A stretch of 64,000 nt of DNA from Methanomethylovorans hollandica DSM 15978 (lineage in GTDB: Archaea > Halobacteriota > Methanosarcinia > Methanosarcinales > Methanosarcinaceae). Below are positions 63,661 to 64,000 of the stretch, in pieces (the stretch's first letter is position 1; every line of letters starts with the position of its first letter). The position numbers were made by a program, and so were the translations under genes. Under the pieces are notes generated by a model. That model was given only the letters and a program-made list of their open reading frames with translations. It ran no database searches and was not told where the DNA came from. The stretch lies in the NCBI RefSeq assembly GCF_000328665.1, contig NC_019977.1:1-64000 (forward strand), given 5' to 3'.

Positions 63661-64000
63661 AAAAAATAAATTTTGAGTTTCTGGTCGAAAAACGTATAAT
63701 CATCCAAAAATGATATTTTTAAGGCTGAATGAGTCCTATTCTATCAAAAAAACAAGAAGTCGCTTTACTTGACCCTAATCATCCCCTTTGGTCTGACAAC
63801 AATCATTTCTTCGACTCTTTTGTGTCACTCATATTAGTAGAGTTGATTTTATGTGCATAAGCCTTAGTGTAGGCATTACCTGCAGTGGCGCGTCAATTAC
63901 CCCTCCCTGCCACGCTACAGCGTGTCGAGGAAGAGGCTTGCATGTCACTGATAATAATATCAGATCATCTCATGCGTATGGGTGATTGACTGACACCCCT

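Noticed and set aside
63513..63707. 64-aa ORF with a YIYIYI run
   Set aside because: It is a translation of the TA-repeat tract.

Overview
Archaeal chromosome segment from a methylotrophic methanogen of the Methanosarcinaceae (Methanomethylovorans/Methanolobus-like; genus is inference). It starts in a likely replication origin (ORB boxes, cdc6, signal peptidase, polD DP1). A ~38.5 kb methylamine/pyrrolysine island follows (4.4-42.9 kb): ramA, mtbA, mtmP, mtmCB, two Msr-like regulators, a dCache histidine kinase with a receiver protein, pylTSBCD, a DUF1638 gene with two hydantoinase-like genes, a kinase-less PAS/GAF sensor, mttBCP, mtbCB, second near-identical mtmCB and mtbA copies, and a Pyl-free MtmB homolog. 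Four methyltransferase genes carry in-frame amber (Pyl) codons that split them in the ORF track. After the island come taw1-aRF1-argS, an ABC/PrsW module, a small islet with two hicBA pairs around a broken membrane-protein gene, flpA-nop5-mptG, an XPD helicase and a pilin-like gene. Most interesting: (1) an unannotated two-amber leader ORF whose TGA overlaps the pylS start, together with pylB ending in TAG, suggesting Pyl-sensing control of the pyl operon; (2) an MtmB paralog with Met in place of Pyl; (3) the DUF1638/hydantoinase-like module next to pylT; (4) nested, nearly concentric inverted duplications of mtmCB and mtbA. All family assignments come from reading motifs; no searches were run.
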